64,000 nucleotides of DNA from the NCBI GenBank assembly GCA_965215345.1, contig CBDCDL010000001.1, positions 320,163-384,162 on the forward strand, written 5' to 3'. The notes under the pieces were generated by a model. That model had not been told where the DNA came from. It saw only the letters and a program-made list of their open reading frames with translations, and did no database searches. The stretch is from Spirochaetia bacterium (GTDB taxonomy: Bacteria; Spirochaetota; Spirochaetia; SZUA-6; Bin103). Positions 29,477 to 39,437 of this stretch are shown one piece after another. The first letter of the stretch is position 1. Each line of letters opens with the position of its first letter. The position numbers and the translations under genes are program-made.

Positions 29477-30776
29477 TCAGATCACGCCGCTCCGATTCCG
29501 CAGGATGACTCCGGGGACAACTCGCTGTAGGGAACTCTGCTTCAGGATCGCGCGAAGACGCCGCGGCCGCACGATTCTCCGTCGGCTTCCACCGGCTCGC
29601 AGGCCGCCATCTCCCAGCCGTGGAACACGACGCCCAAGCCGACGTGCCGTACCGACGGATGACGGCGGTGCAAGCCTTCGTCCGCCAGGTAGCGGCGCAC
29701 CTGCAGCACCGCCTCCCGCGTCTTCTCCGCCAGCACGGATGCGTGCACGGCCTCGCTCCGCTTTCAGGTACTTGAGCTCGATCACGTAGCCGTACGCCAC
29801 GCCGGGGTAGCGAGCCAGGAACGGCTCCAGGTAGAGGTCGGCGTACCCCTTGTTCAGCTCCTGCTCCGAGTGCAACCGACGGAGAACACCTCCACGTCCT
29901 GGTAGGCGTCGCGCAGGTAGCCGTTGTACCACTCGCGCATCACCTCCAGCGCGGCGTCCACGTCCTGGTCGAACACGCCGTGGTCGCGGTACGTCGCAAG
30001 CAGGCCGCGCACCTCCGCCTCCGTGAAGCCGACCATCTCGTTGAACTTCGGCTTCAGACTGATGTTGCTGCCGATGTTGAAGCCGCTGGTCACGTCGTCC
30101 AGGGTGATCGGCGACACGCCCGTGATGAACAGGCGCTCCAGGCCGCCGTCGCTTCGCGCCGTCGCCGCCTTCAGGGTGGCGAAGAAGTTGCGTAGAAGCC
30201 GCCGCCGTGGGTGAACGACTCGTATGCGTCGGCGCCGCGGTATGCCAACACGGTGTTGGCGAAGTTGTCGTACTCGTCGATGAGCACGTACAGCGGTATG
30301 CCCCGGTCGCCGGCGTACCGAAACAACTCGTTGAGCTTGCCGTCGATCGCCGGCAACGAGAGGATGCGCCGCCTCACATCTTCGCCGAACAGGTCGTGAT
30401 TCCGCTCCAGTGTGCCGCGAAGCTCGGTGTGGCAGTAGGTCTCGAAGCGTTCCTGCAAGGTTTCCAGGGTGTCGTCGAACGCCGAGAAGTCGAAGCGCAG
30501 GACGACGTAGCGATTGCGGTGCTCGGTCGGGTCGGCGCCGATGTCGGTGCCGGCGAAGACCGCCTCGAATGCGTCGGCGCGGGTGCGGTCGTAGTAGTTC
30601 TCCAGCAAGGAGACCCAGCAGGTCTTGCCGAAGCGCCGGGGACGGATCAGCACGGCGTAGTCCACGTTCTCCAGCTCGCGCAGAAAGCGGGTCTTGTCCA
30701 CGTAGAGGCGCTGTTGCAGCCGAATCCTCTTGAAGCTGGCCACGCCGTACGGAATGCGGGGATAGGAGGCACGCAT
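29477..30776 (-). pseudogene. Frameshifted pseudogene of an AAA-ATPase-like plus PD-(D/E)XK nuclease (PDDEXK_9-type) protein. It is a distant paralog of the intact tandem copies at 54-58.9 kb.
   Basis: Three consecutive minus-strand ORFs (30776->30171, 30117->29854, 29932->29477) in different frames. The first reads MRASYPRIPYGVASFKRIRLQQRLYVDKTRFLRELENVDYAVLIRPRRFGKTCWVSLLENYYD... (N-terminal family signature). The last reads YVIELKYLK (nuclease core). Confidence 0.7.
29483..29549 (+). repeat. Copy 2 of the ~66-nt direct repeat.
   Basis: See copy 1. Confidence 0.6.
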
Positions 30777-30872
30777 TGGACCGGAACGACCTGAGTATAG
30801 CGCGACTCGGCAGGCGATCGACGCACGTGGACGGCGCGGCTACCTGTGAGCCGTCCGGGTGGCTGTCAACGC

Positions 30873-33248
30873 TCAGGAGCGCACGAAGACGCCGCGGCTG
30901 ATGAGCTTGCGGCGCACGGCGGGCGTCAGGTCGGTCCCTTCGGTCAGTTCCACGACGCTCTCTGAGAGCAGGCGGCCTCGCTTGCCCACCGCGGCCAGCA
31001 CGCGGGCGGCGGTCTCCACGTCACCGCAATCGACCACCACGGCGGGGCGCACGTCGACCCAGCGCACCTCGACTGCCCAGTCCCGGATCTGACGACCCAC
31101 GTTGGCCGGCAGCGGTTGCTTGGACAGGTCGCCGGCCGCGGCGATCACCTGCTCGGCATCGTGGCCGGCCACCACGGCTCGCTGCACCGACGCCCGGTCG
31201 ATGACGAACAGCGTTCCCACCGACTGCGGGCCTTGCAGCGCGGCGGTGGGCGTCGCGAACGTCCGCGCGAGCACCTGATCGGTCGGTGAGGGCGACAGGA
31301 ACACGATCTCGAAGTTGGGCTGGATGACCGCCTCGCCGGTCTCCTCCGGCGCGTCGAGTTCGAAGTCGTCGACCTCGCCCAGCAGGTAGCGACCGACGTC
31401 GGTCAAGGAGAAGCCGGCGCCGCCGTCGGTCAGAGATCCCAGCGCAGCGCCGCCGAGCGGGATCAGCCGATGGTGCAGGAATGTCAGGAGCGCCATGGCC
31501 CAGAGGCGCTCGCAGCCTTCACGTCCCAGGCGATAGTCCAGGATCAGGGCGGCTTCGTCCAGCAGGGGGTTGCGCTCCTCGCTGTGGAACTCGACGAACG
31601 CCTGCAGATCGACCGTCGCCCCGCGGCCGACCGCGCGAAAGGCATCGATCACACCCCGTTCCGGATTGGCGTAGTACCAGATGGCGGACGACTCGTACGT
31701 ACGCGGCAGGAAGCTCAGATGCGCCGCTTCGGCGGGCTGCGGGTCCCAGGGATCGAAAGAGTACGGCTCGGCGGAAGACCGGTCCCTGGCGTCGTCGCGC
31801 AGCAGATCGAGCATGCGCTTGAGCCGCTCCTTGACCGGGAGCATCAGCCATTGCCGGCCGCGAGTCGTCACGACGAGCTTCGAACCGGAGTCGTCGTGCG
31901 CTGCCGCCAGGCTCAGGCCGCACGCGACCTGCGTCGCGTGCGCAACGCGCTGCTCGGGAATGAGCGGCGTCGACTCCGGGGTAACCCACGCGGGCAGCGC
32001 GGAGAGCCGGCGGCCGATGGCGCGGGCGTTGCGGTCGTAGAGAACCTGCGTGCCGGCCCTGAGTCGGGGAGGTTCGGCGATCGCTTCCATCAGGAGCGCC
32101 GTCACGTCGTCGATCAGGAAGGGCCGGCAGAGCACCTCGTCGCCGGCGAACCTCCCCTCCGTCGGCGACGTGGGCCGTCCGCGCTGCAGGCGTGTGAGGA
32201 TGGGCGGCCAGATGTCGATGAACGGCAGCAGGACCGCGTCGACGGCGATCAGCAGCAACGCCTCGCGGGACGCGAATGCCAAGCCGGCTGCCAGCGCGTC
32301 GCGGCGCGAGGTGTCGCTGGCGGATTCCACCAGGTCGCTGATCGCGACCGGGCCGTCGTTCGCCATCACGGCGCCGATCAATTCCTGGGCGGTCGCGACG
32401 GCGGCCGGCGGCGCCTGTTGCCAGCGGCCCGGGGCGTCGAGTGCCGCGAGTCGAGGAAGGGGGGCAGGTTCGGAGTCGACCGATTCGGCCGTGGCCAGCA
32501 GCCGGCGCGCCGCACCGTAGTCGTCGTCGGTCGTGCCGAGCTGCAGGCCGCGCTCTGCCAGCCTGTTCCTGATTTCCTCAAGGGACAGGCGACCGAGATT
32601 GTAGGCCGTGAGGATTTCTTCCTCGCTCTTCCGGGTCAGCTCACCGATCGTGCGGATGTCCTCATTCCGCAGGCAGTTGCGCGATCTCGCCGACAGGTCC
32701 AGAGCATCGACGGACGTGTCGAGCAGAGTGCGCAGCCGCTCGTCCCCGTCGTCCGGCGCGTCATGGCCGCCGAGCTCGTCCTCGACAACCGGTTCGTCGT
32801 GCGCTGCTCGGCCCTTCCAGTCCAGGAACTGGCGCCACCAGTCCACTCGGCCAAGGGCGTAAGCGAGCCGGTAGCGGTCGCTGAATCGACGATCGCGGTC
32901 AAGGCGCGAGATCTCCTCCGCCGTGTAGTGCTGCAGCAGATAGTCCGCGAGGGGTTCGACGTCGGCGTCTCGGGCGGCCACGGATGCGTCGGGGAACGGC
33001 GTCGCGCGGGACAGTTCGCGGATCAGCTTCAGCCAGAACCGCCTGGAGTGCGGTACGAGGTACCGGGAGGCGCTCTTCGTGGGCACCGGCTCCAGCCAGC
33101 CCAGATCGATCAGCGCGTCGTCGCCGGTTCGCGCCCGGTAGCCGGCCCGGACACGATCGATCAGGAAGCGGCGCTGCTCGATCGTCGGCGCCTCCCACTT
33201 CGGCAGCAGGTCGAAGACCTCGCGCCAGTCCACGTCCAGCAGCTTCAA
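30873..33248 (-). CDS. Large (~791 aa) XPB-associated protein containing an RNA polymerase alpha-subunit C-terminal-domain-like helix-hairpin-helix motif. Otherwise uncharacterised.
   Basis: TTG start at 33248 overlaps the XPB stop (TTGA). The 212 Arg/Gly-rich N-terminal codons of ORF 30873..33884 are rejected. Motif LDLSARSRNCLRNEDIRTIGELTRKSEEEILTAYNLGRLSLEEIRNRLAERGLQLG (~32520-32700) closely parallels E. coli RpoA CTD [55 protein letters not shown]. Confidence 0.6.
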   Translation of the reverse strand: MKLLDVDWREVFDLLPKWEAPTIEQRRFLIDRVRAGYRARTGDDALIDLGWLEPVPTKSASRYLVPHSRRFWLKLIRELSRATPFPDASVAARDADVEPLADYLLQHYTAEEISRLDRDRRFSDRYRLAYALGRVDWWRQFLDWKGRAAHDEPVVEDELGGHDAPDDGDERLRTLLDTSVDALDLSARSRNCLRNEDIRTIGELTRKSEEEILTAYNLGRLSLEEIRNRLAERGLQLGTTDDDYGAARRLLATAESVDSEPAPLPRLAALDAPGRWQQAPPAAVATAQELIGAVMANDGPVAISDLVESASDTSRRDALAAGLAFASREALLLIAVDAVLLPFIDIWPPILTRLQRGRPTSPTEGRFAGDEVLCRPFLIDDVTALLMEAIAEPPRLRAGTQVLYDRNARAIGRRLSALPAWVTPESTPLIPEQRVAHATQVACGLSLAAAHDDSGSKLVVTTRGRQWLMLPVKERLKRMLDLLRDDARDRSSAEPYSFDPWDPQPAEAAHLSFLPRTYESSAIWYYANPERGVIDAFRAVGRGATVDLQAFVEFHSEERNPLLDEAALILDYRLGREGCERLWAMALLTFLHHRLIPLGGAALGSLTDGGAGFSLTDVGRYLLGEVDDFELDAPEETGEAVIQPNFEIVFLSPSPTDQVLARTFATPTAALQGPQSVGTLFVIDRASVQRAVVAGHDAEQVIAAAGDLSKQPLPANVGRQIRDWAVEVRWVDVRPAVVVDCGDVETAARVLAAVGKRGRLLSESVVELTEGTDLTPAVRRKLISRGVFVRS

Positions 33249-34987
33249 ACGGTCGGCTCCCGCACCGTCCCGCCGGCGTCGGCGATCGCCTCCGCTACCG
33301 CGGTCGTCGTCACCCGCTCCGCCTCCGGCGCGTCGACGATGGCGTACTCGTAGCCCTGTTCGCACAGGAAGCGCTGCCGGTTCATGGCGAACTCCTGCTC
33401 GACGGTGGCCGCGCTGACCAGCGAGTAGAAGTGCGCCTGCACGCCGTCGCTCTTGGGACGCAGGATGCGGCCCAGGCGCTGCGCCTCCTCCTGGCGCGAG
33501 CCGAAGGTGCCGGAGACCTGGATGGCGACGTTGGCGTCCGGCAGGTCGATCGCCAGGCTGCCGATCTTGCTGACCGCCAGGCAGCGGATCTCGCCGTCCC
33601 GGAACGCCTGGAACAACGCGTCGCGGCGTCTCTGCGAGGAGGTTCCGGTGAGCACCGGGATGTCGAGCGCGTCCGCCAAGCCCTTGATCTGGTCCACGTA
33701 CATCGCCATCACCAGGATGCGGTCGTCGCGGTGGAGCTGCAGGAGGGCGCGCACCAGCTCCCGCTTGTGCGGATTCTGCGCCGCGATCGGGAACTGCTGC
33801 CGGGGGGAGACCGCCGCGTACTCCAGGCGCAGCGCCGGCGGCAGCGGCAGGCGCATCTCCGTGCAGTGGGCGGTGGCCACCCATCCCTGACGCTCCAGCT
33901 CGCGCCAGGGGACCTCGGCCTTCTTCGGCCCGATCAGGGCGAACACGTCCTCTTCCCGGCCGTCCTCGCGGACCAGGGTGGCGGTCAGTCCCAGCCGGCG
34001 CCGCGCCTGCAGCGCGGCGGTGATCTGGAACACCGGCGCCGGCAGCAGGTGCACCTCGTCATAGACGATCAGGCCCCAGTCGGCGCGGTCGAACACCTCC
34101 AGGTTGACCATCGCCTCGTCGCCGCGCCGGCGGTGGGTGAGCATCTGATACGTGGCGACCGTGAGAGGCCGCAGCGCACGCTGCGGGCCGGCGTAGATGC
34201 CGATCTGCTCCTCGGTCAGCGTGGTCTTGTCCAGCGTCTCGGCGATCCACTGCTTGGCGGCCGTGACGCTGGTGCAGAGGATCAGCGTGGTGGTCTGCAG
34301 CGCGTGCATGCAGGCCAGGCCGACGATCGTCTTGCCGGCGCCGCACGGCAGCACGATGACGCCGCTGCCGCCGGCGGAGTGGCGCACGTCCTCGAAGGCG
34401 CGCGCGGCCTCGGCCTGGTAGTCGCGCAGCCGGAACGGCAGACTCGCACGGGTCGTGTGGCGCAGCGCGAACGCCAGCGGCGTGCCGGCGGTGTAGCCGG
34501 CCTCGTCATCCGGCGGGAAGCCGGCGCGGACCAGCGCCAGCTTCAGCAGCCCGCGGCGCTCGGCGTCGACCTGGAACGTGCGCCGGCCGGTGCGGTCGCC
34601 GAGCCACTTGGACACGTCGCGGTTGCGGCGGGCGATCTCCAGGGACTCGTCGTCATGGGACTCGAGCACCAGGCCGTCGTCGCCTGCGAGCAGCCGCAGC
34701 TTGCCGAAGCGTGCCGCGTGGGTGTTGATCTCGACGAGCGTCGCGTCCGGCACCGGATAGCGGCTGAACTCGTGCAGGGTGGCGACGATGTCGTCCACCG
34801 TGACGCCGGCGGAGCGGGCATTCCAGATCGACAGCGCCGTCATGCGATAGGTGTGGACGTGCTCGGGCGCCTTGATCAGCTCGGCGAAGGCGAGCAGGCG
34901 GGAGCGCGCCTCCTCGAACCGGGGACTGGCCACCTCCAGCAGCAGCGTGTCGACACCCTGGACGATGAGGGGTTGGTCAGAGGCCAT
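33245..34987 (-). CDS. XPB/ERCC3/Ssl2-type superfamily-2 DNA helicase.
   Basis: Start at the internal Met MASDQPLIVQ (cat at 34985-34987, frame-checked); 580 aa. Motif I LPCGAGKT; RDYQ; motif II DEVH; XPB-type N-terminal damage-recognition-like domain. The 48 upstream codons of the ORF are Arg-rich and rejected. Confidence 0.85.
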   Translation of the reverse strand: MASDQPLIVQGVDTLLLEVASPRFEEARSRLLAFAELIKAPEHVHTYRMTALSIWNARSAGVTVDDIVATLHEFSRYPVPDATLVEINTHAARFGKLRLLAGDDGLVLESHDDESLEIARRNRDVSKWLGDRTGRRTFQVDAERRGLLKLALVRAGFPPDDEAGYTAGTPLAFALRHTTRASLPFRLRDYQAEAARAFEDVRHSAGGSGVIVLPCGAGKTIVGLACMHALQTTTLILCTSVTAAKQWIAETLDKTTLTEEQIGIYAGPQRALRPLTVATYQMLTHRRRGDEAMVNLEVFDRADWGLIVYDEVHLLPAPVFQITAALQARRRLGLTATLVREDGREEDVFALIGPKKAEVPWRELERQGWVATAHCTEMRLPLPPALRLEYAAVSPRQQFPIAAQNPHKRELVRALLQLHRDDRILVMAMYVDQIKGLADALDIPVLTGTSSQRRRDALFQAFRDGEIRCLAVSKIGSLAIDLPDANVAIQVSGTFGSRQEEAQRLGRILRPKSDGVQAHFYSLVSAATVEQEFAMNRQRFLCEQGYEYAIVDAPEAERVTTTAVAEAIADAGGTVREPTV

Positions 34988-35174
34988 CAGGCGGTTCCCG
35001 ATTATAGCGCGGCGTTGGCCCGGTGCGTTCGCTCCGCTCCCATGAACCGGCGCAGCAATCCTCCGTGCCCATTTCGGCGGCAAGCGCGAAGCGGCCGCCG
35101 TCCGCACCCCTGCGGCGTGCGTCTGAATCACGTCGGGTGTTTACCAATGCAGCAGGAATCACTACCATCGAAGT

Positions 35175-35282
35175 ATGAATGCAGCGGTGTCGGAGAAGGG
35201 TCGGATCACCATGCCCAAGGCACTGCGAGAGCGGCTGGGGACCGCTACGCGCCTGCTTGATGAAGGGCGCGGGGAGCGGTGA
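35175..35282 (+). pseudogene. Truncated AbrB/MazE-fold antitoxin stub (35 codons) with no toxin partner.
   Basis: MNAAVSEKGRITMPKALRERLGTATRLLDEGRGER then stop. KGRITMPKALRERLG matches the AbrB-type swapped-hairpin N-terminus. Not in the ORF track (under 60 aa). Coordinates are approximate to +/-1. Confidence 0.3.
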
Positions 35283-35304
35283 ACATCTACGTGGAGTACG
35301 CACG

Positions 35305-36099
35305 ATGAGAATCGATCGCTATCTGCAGGGGACGCCGTCGTGGGTCGACCTGTCCACCACCGATCAGGACGCCGCCAAGGCGTTCTACGCCGGCCTGTTC
35401 GGCTGGAGCTACCGGGACATGCCGGTCGACGACACGGGCGAGCGGCTGTACACGACCGCGACCATCGACGGCGCCAGTACCGCCGGGATGTACACGCAGC
35501 CGCCGGAGGAGGCGCAGATGGGCGTTCCCCCGCATTGGAACGTCTACCTGACGGTGGACGATGCCGACGCCACCGCCGTACGAGCCGTCGAGCACGGCGG
35601 TGCGGTGCTGGCCGAGCCGTTCGACGTGTTCGACGCCGGCCGCATGGCGACCATCGAGGACCCGACCGGCGCCGTGGTGTCGCTCTGGCAGCCGCGGCAG
35701 AGCATCGGCGCGCAGATCCGCGCCGAGCACGGGGCGCTCTGCTGGGCGGAGGTCCTGACCGGTGACCCCGCCGCGGCCGGCGGGTTCCTGGCCGCGCTGC
35801 TGGACGTGCGCACGGAGACGGCCCCGATGCCGGACGGCGTGGAGTACACGGTGGTCATGGCCGGGGATACCCCGGTCGCCGGCGTGATGAAGATGCCCGA
35901 GCACCTGCTGGAGATGCGGCACCCGGCGCACTGGAGCACGTACATGCAGGTCGACGACACGGACGCTGCCGTCGCGGCGGCCGAGGCCGGAGGAGGCTCG
36001 GTGCTGATGCCCGCCCGGGACATCGCGACGGTGGGGCGCATAGCCGTCATCGCCGATCCGCAGCGAGCCGCGCTCGGCCTGATGACGCCCGGACAATAG
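35305..36099 (+). CDS. VOC-family protein (glyoxalase/bleomycin-resistance/dioxygenase fold), two tandem VOC domains.
   Basis: Start at the internal Met MRIDRYLQG (frame-checked). 264 aa with a duplicated pattern W..L.T.D...A..FY..LFGW / HW..Y..VDD.DA. Confidence 0.8.
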   Translation: MRIDRYLQGTPSWVDLSTTDQDAAKAFYAGLFGWSYRDMPVDDTGERLYTTATIDGASTAGMYTQPPEEAQMGVPPHWNVYLTVDDADATAVRAVEHGGAVLAEPFDVFDAGRMATIEDPTGAVVSLWQPRQSIGAQIRAEHGALCWAEVLTGDPAAAGGFLAALLDVRTETAPMPDGVEYTVVMAGDTPVAGVMKMPEHLLEMRHPAHWSTYMQVDDTDAAVAAAEAGGGSVLMPARDIATVGRIAVIADPQRAALGLMTPGQ

Positions 36100-36109
36100 C
36101 GCTGCCGCC

Positions 36110-37078
36110 GTGCGCTATCGGGTCCTCGGGCGCAGCGGCATCGAGGTGAGCCTGCTCGGCTTCGGGACCGGCGGCCCCACCACCTTCACGGAGGCGAGCA
36201 TCTCGGACGCGGACAAGACGCGCCTCCTGCGCCGCTGCCTGGACCGCGGCATCAACCTGATCGACACCTCGCAGGGGTACGGCGACAGCGAGCGGTTCCT
36301 GGGCGCCGCGCTGGCCGGAGTGCCGCGCGACAGCTACCTGCTTTCCACCAAGTGGGCCTACTCGCAGTGGACGGGGCTGGACAGCGAACCGGCGGAGGGC
36401 GACCTGATCGGCGATCCGGGTGCGCTCGAACAGGCGGTCGACGCCAGCCTCGAGCGGCTGCGGACCGATTACGTCGACGTCATGTTCATCCACGGGCTCA
36501 AGCCCCAGGACTACGACGCGGTCCACGAGCGGCACGGTCCCGCCATCGAGCGGCTGAAGCAGGCGGGCAAGATCCGCATGGCCGGCTTCAGCGAGCGGAT
36601 GGGCGACGACCCGGAGCACCAGGTCACCATCGACGCGGTCACCCGGCATCCGTCGTTCTGGGACGTGTCGATGCTCCGCTACGGCATCCTCAACCAGTGC
36701 GCGCGCGACCGGGCGCTGCCGCTGTGCGCCGAGCAGGGCGTCGCGGTGATGAACATGTCGCCGGCGCGCTACCTGCTGCCGCATGCGGAGCAGCTCGTCG
36801 AGCGGATCGCCGCCTGGAAGGCGGACGGCTCGCTGGCGCCGGACGCGGTGCCGGACGCCGATCCTCTCGGCTGGCTCGTGCACGGCCGGGTCGAGTCGGT
36901 GGTGGGGGCCGGTATGAAGTTCGCGGCCGACCATCCCGGCGTGTCCACCGTGCTGACCGGCACGCGCAGCTTCGACCACCTGGAGGCCAACATCCGGGCG
37001 CTGGAGGAGCCTCGCCTGCCGGACGCCGATCACGAACGCCTGGTCCGGCTGTTCAGCTTCGCCCGGGAATGGCGGTGA
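36110..37078 (+). CDS. Aldo/keto reductase family oxidoreductase.
   Basis: 322 aa. LGRSGIEVSLLGFGTG...IDTSQGYGDSE..LG; TDYVDVMFIHG. Confidence 0.85.
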   Translation: MRYRVLGRSGIEVSLLGFGTGGPTTFTEASISDADKTRLLRRCLDRGINLIDTSQGYGDSERFLGAALAGVPRDSYLLSTKWAYSQWTGLDSEPAEGDLIGDPGALEQAVDASLERLRTDYVDVMFIHGLKPQDYDAVHERHGPAIERLKQAGKIRMAGFSERMGDDPEHQVTIDAVTRHPSFWDVSMLRYGILNQCARDRALPLCAEQGVAVMNMSPARYLLPHAEQLVERIAAWKADGSLAPDAVPDADPLGWLVHGRVESVVGAGMKFAADHPGVSTVLTGTRSFDHLEANIRALEEPRLPDADHERLVRLFSFAREWR

Positions 37079-37258
37079 CCCGCCAGCGGTGCGCGGCCAA
37101 CGCCGTGGCCGAGTGGTCCGTGCAGGCCGGCGTGGACCGCGCCGACCCCTGCGCCGAGGTCGACCGGTACGCGCTGGTGCGCGATCCGCGGGGCCGCGAG
37201 CGCCGCGTGCCCGCCTTCTGGCGCGAGGGGTGCTGGTCGTCGAAGCGGACGACGCGCG

Positions 37259-38260
37259 TCAGAGTTCGAACAGGCGGGCGGCGTTGCCCCAGAACACGTC
37301 TTCGACCTGCCGGTCGGTGAGCCGCTCCGCCCAGCAGGCCCACTTCACCGAGCGCAGATGCTCCAGGACGATGGAGACCGGCTTGATCGTCATGTGCTTC
37401 TCCTCCCAGACCGGCGCATCGTCGTAGACCCAGAAGAAGGTGTCGGCGACCGCGGCGTGGCGGCCGTGGCTGTGGCTGGCGGCGCCGAAGTCGGTGCCGA
37501 ACATGAAGCGGTCGTGGCCGAAGATGCGCATGATCGCCACGTGCGCCATCGGCTCGCAGTTGGCGCTGGAGTCGAAGTACAGGTTCGGCAGGTCGGCCAA
37601 CTCCGGAAGCCCCTCGAAGTTGTGGGACGGCTGAAAGCCGCGCGCCGAATGGGCGAGGATGAGCTTCATGTCCGGGTAGCGCTCGCAGTAGGTGCGGATC
37701 CAGTGCTGGTTGCCGGGGTCGGCGACCGCCCGGTCCTTGACCATGTGCAGGGTCACGTACCACCCCTCCTCGTGCGCCACCTGCATCACCGCCTCCGGCA
37801 GGTACTCCGGGATCTCCGAGTCCAGAGTCGGCGTGCGCAGCGAGAAGGTGTGGTAGCACTTGAGCCCGCGCAGGCCGAGCCGGCGGGCGTGCTCGCGCAC
37901 CCACTCCGGGTCGTCCTCGGGCTTGACCAGGAAGGCGCCTCGGCAGGTGGGCTTGCCGGCCAGGGACGCTCCGACCCACTCGCTGACGCTCAGGGTCTGC
38001 TCCCGGTGCTTGACGATCGGTTTCGGCAGGAACCAGGCGCCGAGCGTCCGGTCCGGGAACACCTCCCGGCTCAGGCGCAGGTAGTCGTCGCTTCCCATGT
38101 CGGCGGGGAAGCCGGGAGGCAGCGGGGCGGCGTAGGCGTCGCCGCGCCACAGGTGGGCGTGGCAGTCGAACACCTTGTCGGGGACGAAGGAGGCCAGCTC
38201 GCGTTCGAAGAACTCGCGGTCGTGGTCCTGGTAGGCATGGTCGCCGGTGTACTTGATCAC
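37259..38260 (-). CDS. Amidohydrolase-2 family (TIM-barrel metal-dependent hydrolase). The start is uncertain: GTG at 38260 or TTG at 38296.
   Basis: Only the C-terminal half of ORF 37259..39292 is real; the N-terminal half is antisense to the Gfo gene. Motifs FDCHAHLW, ILAHSARG, MFGTDFG. Confidence 0.75.
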   Translation of the reverse strand: MIKYTGDHAYQDHDREFFERELASFVPDKVFDCHAHLWRGDAYAAPLPPGFPADMGSDDYLRLSREVFPDRTLGAWFLPKPIVKHREQTLSVSEWVGASLAGKPTCRGAFLVKPEDDPEWVREHARRLGLRGLKCYHTFSLRTPTLDSEIPEYLPEAVMQVAHEEGWYVTLHMVKDRAVADPGNQHWIRTYCERYPDMKLILAHSARGFQPSHNFEGLPELADLPNLYFDSSANCEPMAHVAIMRIFGHDRFMFGTDFGAASHSHGRHAAVADTFFWVYDDAPVWEEKHMTIKPVSIVLEHLRSVKWACWAERLTDRQVEDVFWGNAARLFEL

Positions 38261-38365
38261 GTGCCGGATGGTAGGGGCGGAAAGCGAGCGTGCCAACCGC
38301 ACGTCCCGCAGGTGGTGACGCCGGGCCGGTACCCAAGCGAAGGCCGCTCCCGTAAGCTGCGGACG

Positions 38366-39358
38366 ATGGCTGAGAAGATACGGATCGGTCTGATCGGATA
38401 CGGAGGCTGGACGCGCACTGCCTACGTGCCGGCTCTCCAGGCCGACGGACGCGCGCGGGTCGTGGCGGTGGCCGCACCCAGCGCGGAAACCCGAGAGCGC
38501 GCGGGGCGCGAGCTGGGGCCGGAGGTTGCGGTGTACACGTCGGCCGCTGAGCTGCTCGCCGGCACCGCGGTGGACGGCGTGATGATCGCCGTGTCGGAAG
38601 CCGCGCACGCGGAGGCGATCGGCGCCGCGCTTGACGCCGGCACGGCCGTCCTCTACGAGGGGCCGCTGGCCGCCACTCGGGCTGAGATCCCGGCGATGAT
38701 CGAGCGCCTGGAGTCCGCGCGCGCTCCCACGCACGCCGACATCGAGCTTGGCTTCCTGCCGGTCGTGCGGCGCGCGGCGGAGCTGGTCGCGGACGGGACG
38801 GTGGGCATCCCGCAGTTCGCGGAGGTGCGGCTGGAGTCCGACTGGGGCGCGCTGCCGGAGGAGGACCTCTGCAAGGTGGACCACCTGGCGCCGTGGTACG
38901 TCGATCCGCTCGACCGGGTGCTCGGCAGGACCGCGGCGCGCGTCCTGACCATGGACGGCTCGGGATCGGCCGGCCGGGCGCAGGCGCAGAGCGCCATGCA
39001 GCTCGATTACGGTGGTTGCTGGGGCACCTTCGCCGTCAACACCGGTGCCGTGTCCGGCCCCGACATGCGCATCGCGGTCACCGGCACCGCCGGCGACGTG
39101 CGCGTCGACCTGCTCACGGGCGGACTGCGCTGGCGCAGCGCCGACAGCCCGGCCTGGACGATCGAAACCTGCCCGCCGATCGAGCCGATCCTGGGACTGC
39201 CCGGCATGCACGAGTGCGTGCGCGCCTTCCTGGACTGCATCGAGTCGGGCACGGAAGGCGAAGCGGGCCGCCATCGCGTCGCCCGCCTGCACCGGGTGGG
39301 CCTGGCTGCCGAGCGGTCCCGGGACACGGGCGCCTGGGTCGAGGTCGAACGGCCGTAG
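38366..39358 (+). CDS. Gfo/Idh/MocA family NAD(P)-dependent oxidoreductase.
   Basis: Start at the internal Met MAEKIRIGLIGYGGW (frame-checked); 330 aa. N-terminal Rossmann GLIGYGGW...VVAV; C-terminal GFLPVVRR. Confidence 0.85.
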   Translation: MAEKIRIGLIGYGGWTRTAYVPALQADGRARVVAVAAPSAETRERAGRELGPEVAVYTSAAELLAGTAVDGVMIAVSEAAHAEAIGAALDAGTAVLYEGPLAATRAEIPAMIERLESARAPTHADIELGFLPVVRRAAELVADGTVGIPQFAEVRLESDWGALPEEDLCKVDHLAPWYVDPLDRVLGRTAARVLTMDGSGSAGRAQAQSAMQLDYGGCWGTFAVNTGAVSGPDMRIAVTGTAGDVRVDLLTGGLRWRSADSPAWTIETCPPIEPILGLPGMHECVRAFLDCIESGTEGEAGRHRVARLHRVGLAAERSRDTGAWVEVERP

Positions 39359-39368
39359 AAGTGTGCGT

Positions 39369-39437
39369 CTACAGCTCTGCGAGCAGGCGCAGGTGCTGAT
39401 CGTCGTGAATCCACGCCGACGTATCGATCAGGGTCAC
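39369..39437 (-). pseudogene. Truncated vapC (PIN) toxin stub: 22 codons then TAG.
   Basis: GTG overlaps the vapB stop (GTGA). VTLIDTSAWIHDDQHLRLLAEL* matches the PIN N-terminus (LIDTSAWI) but terminates after 22 aa. Confidence 0.5.

Noticed and set aside
33249-33884. First 212 codons of ORF 30873..33884.
   Set aside because: They overlap the XPB helicase 3' end in another frame and are Arg/Gly-rich. A TTG at 33248 gives the classic 4-nt TTGA coupling overlap instead.
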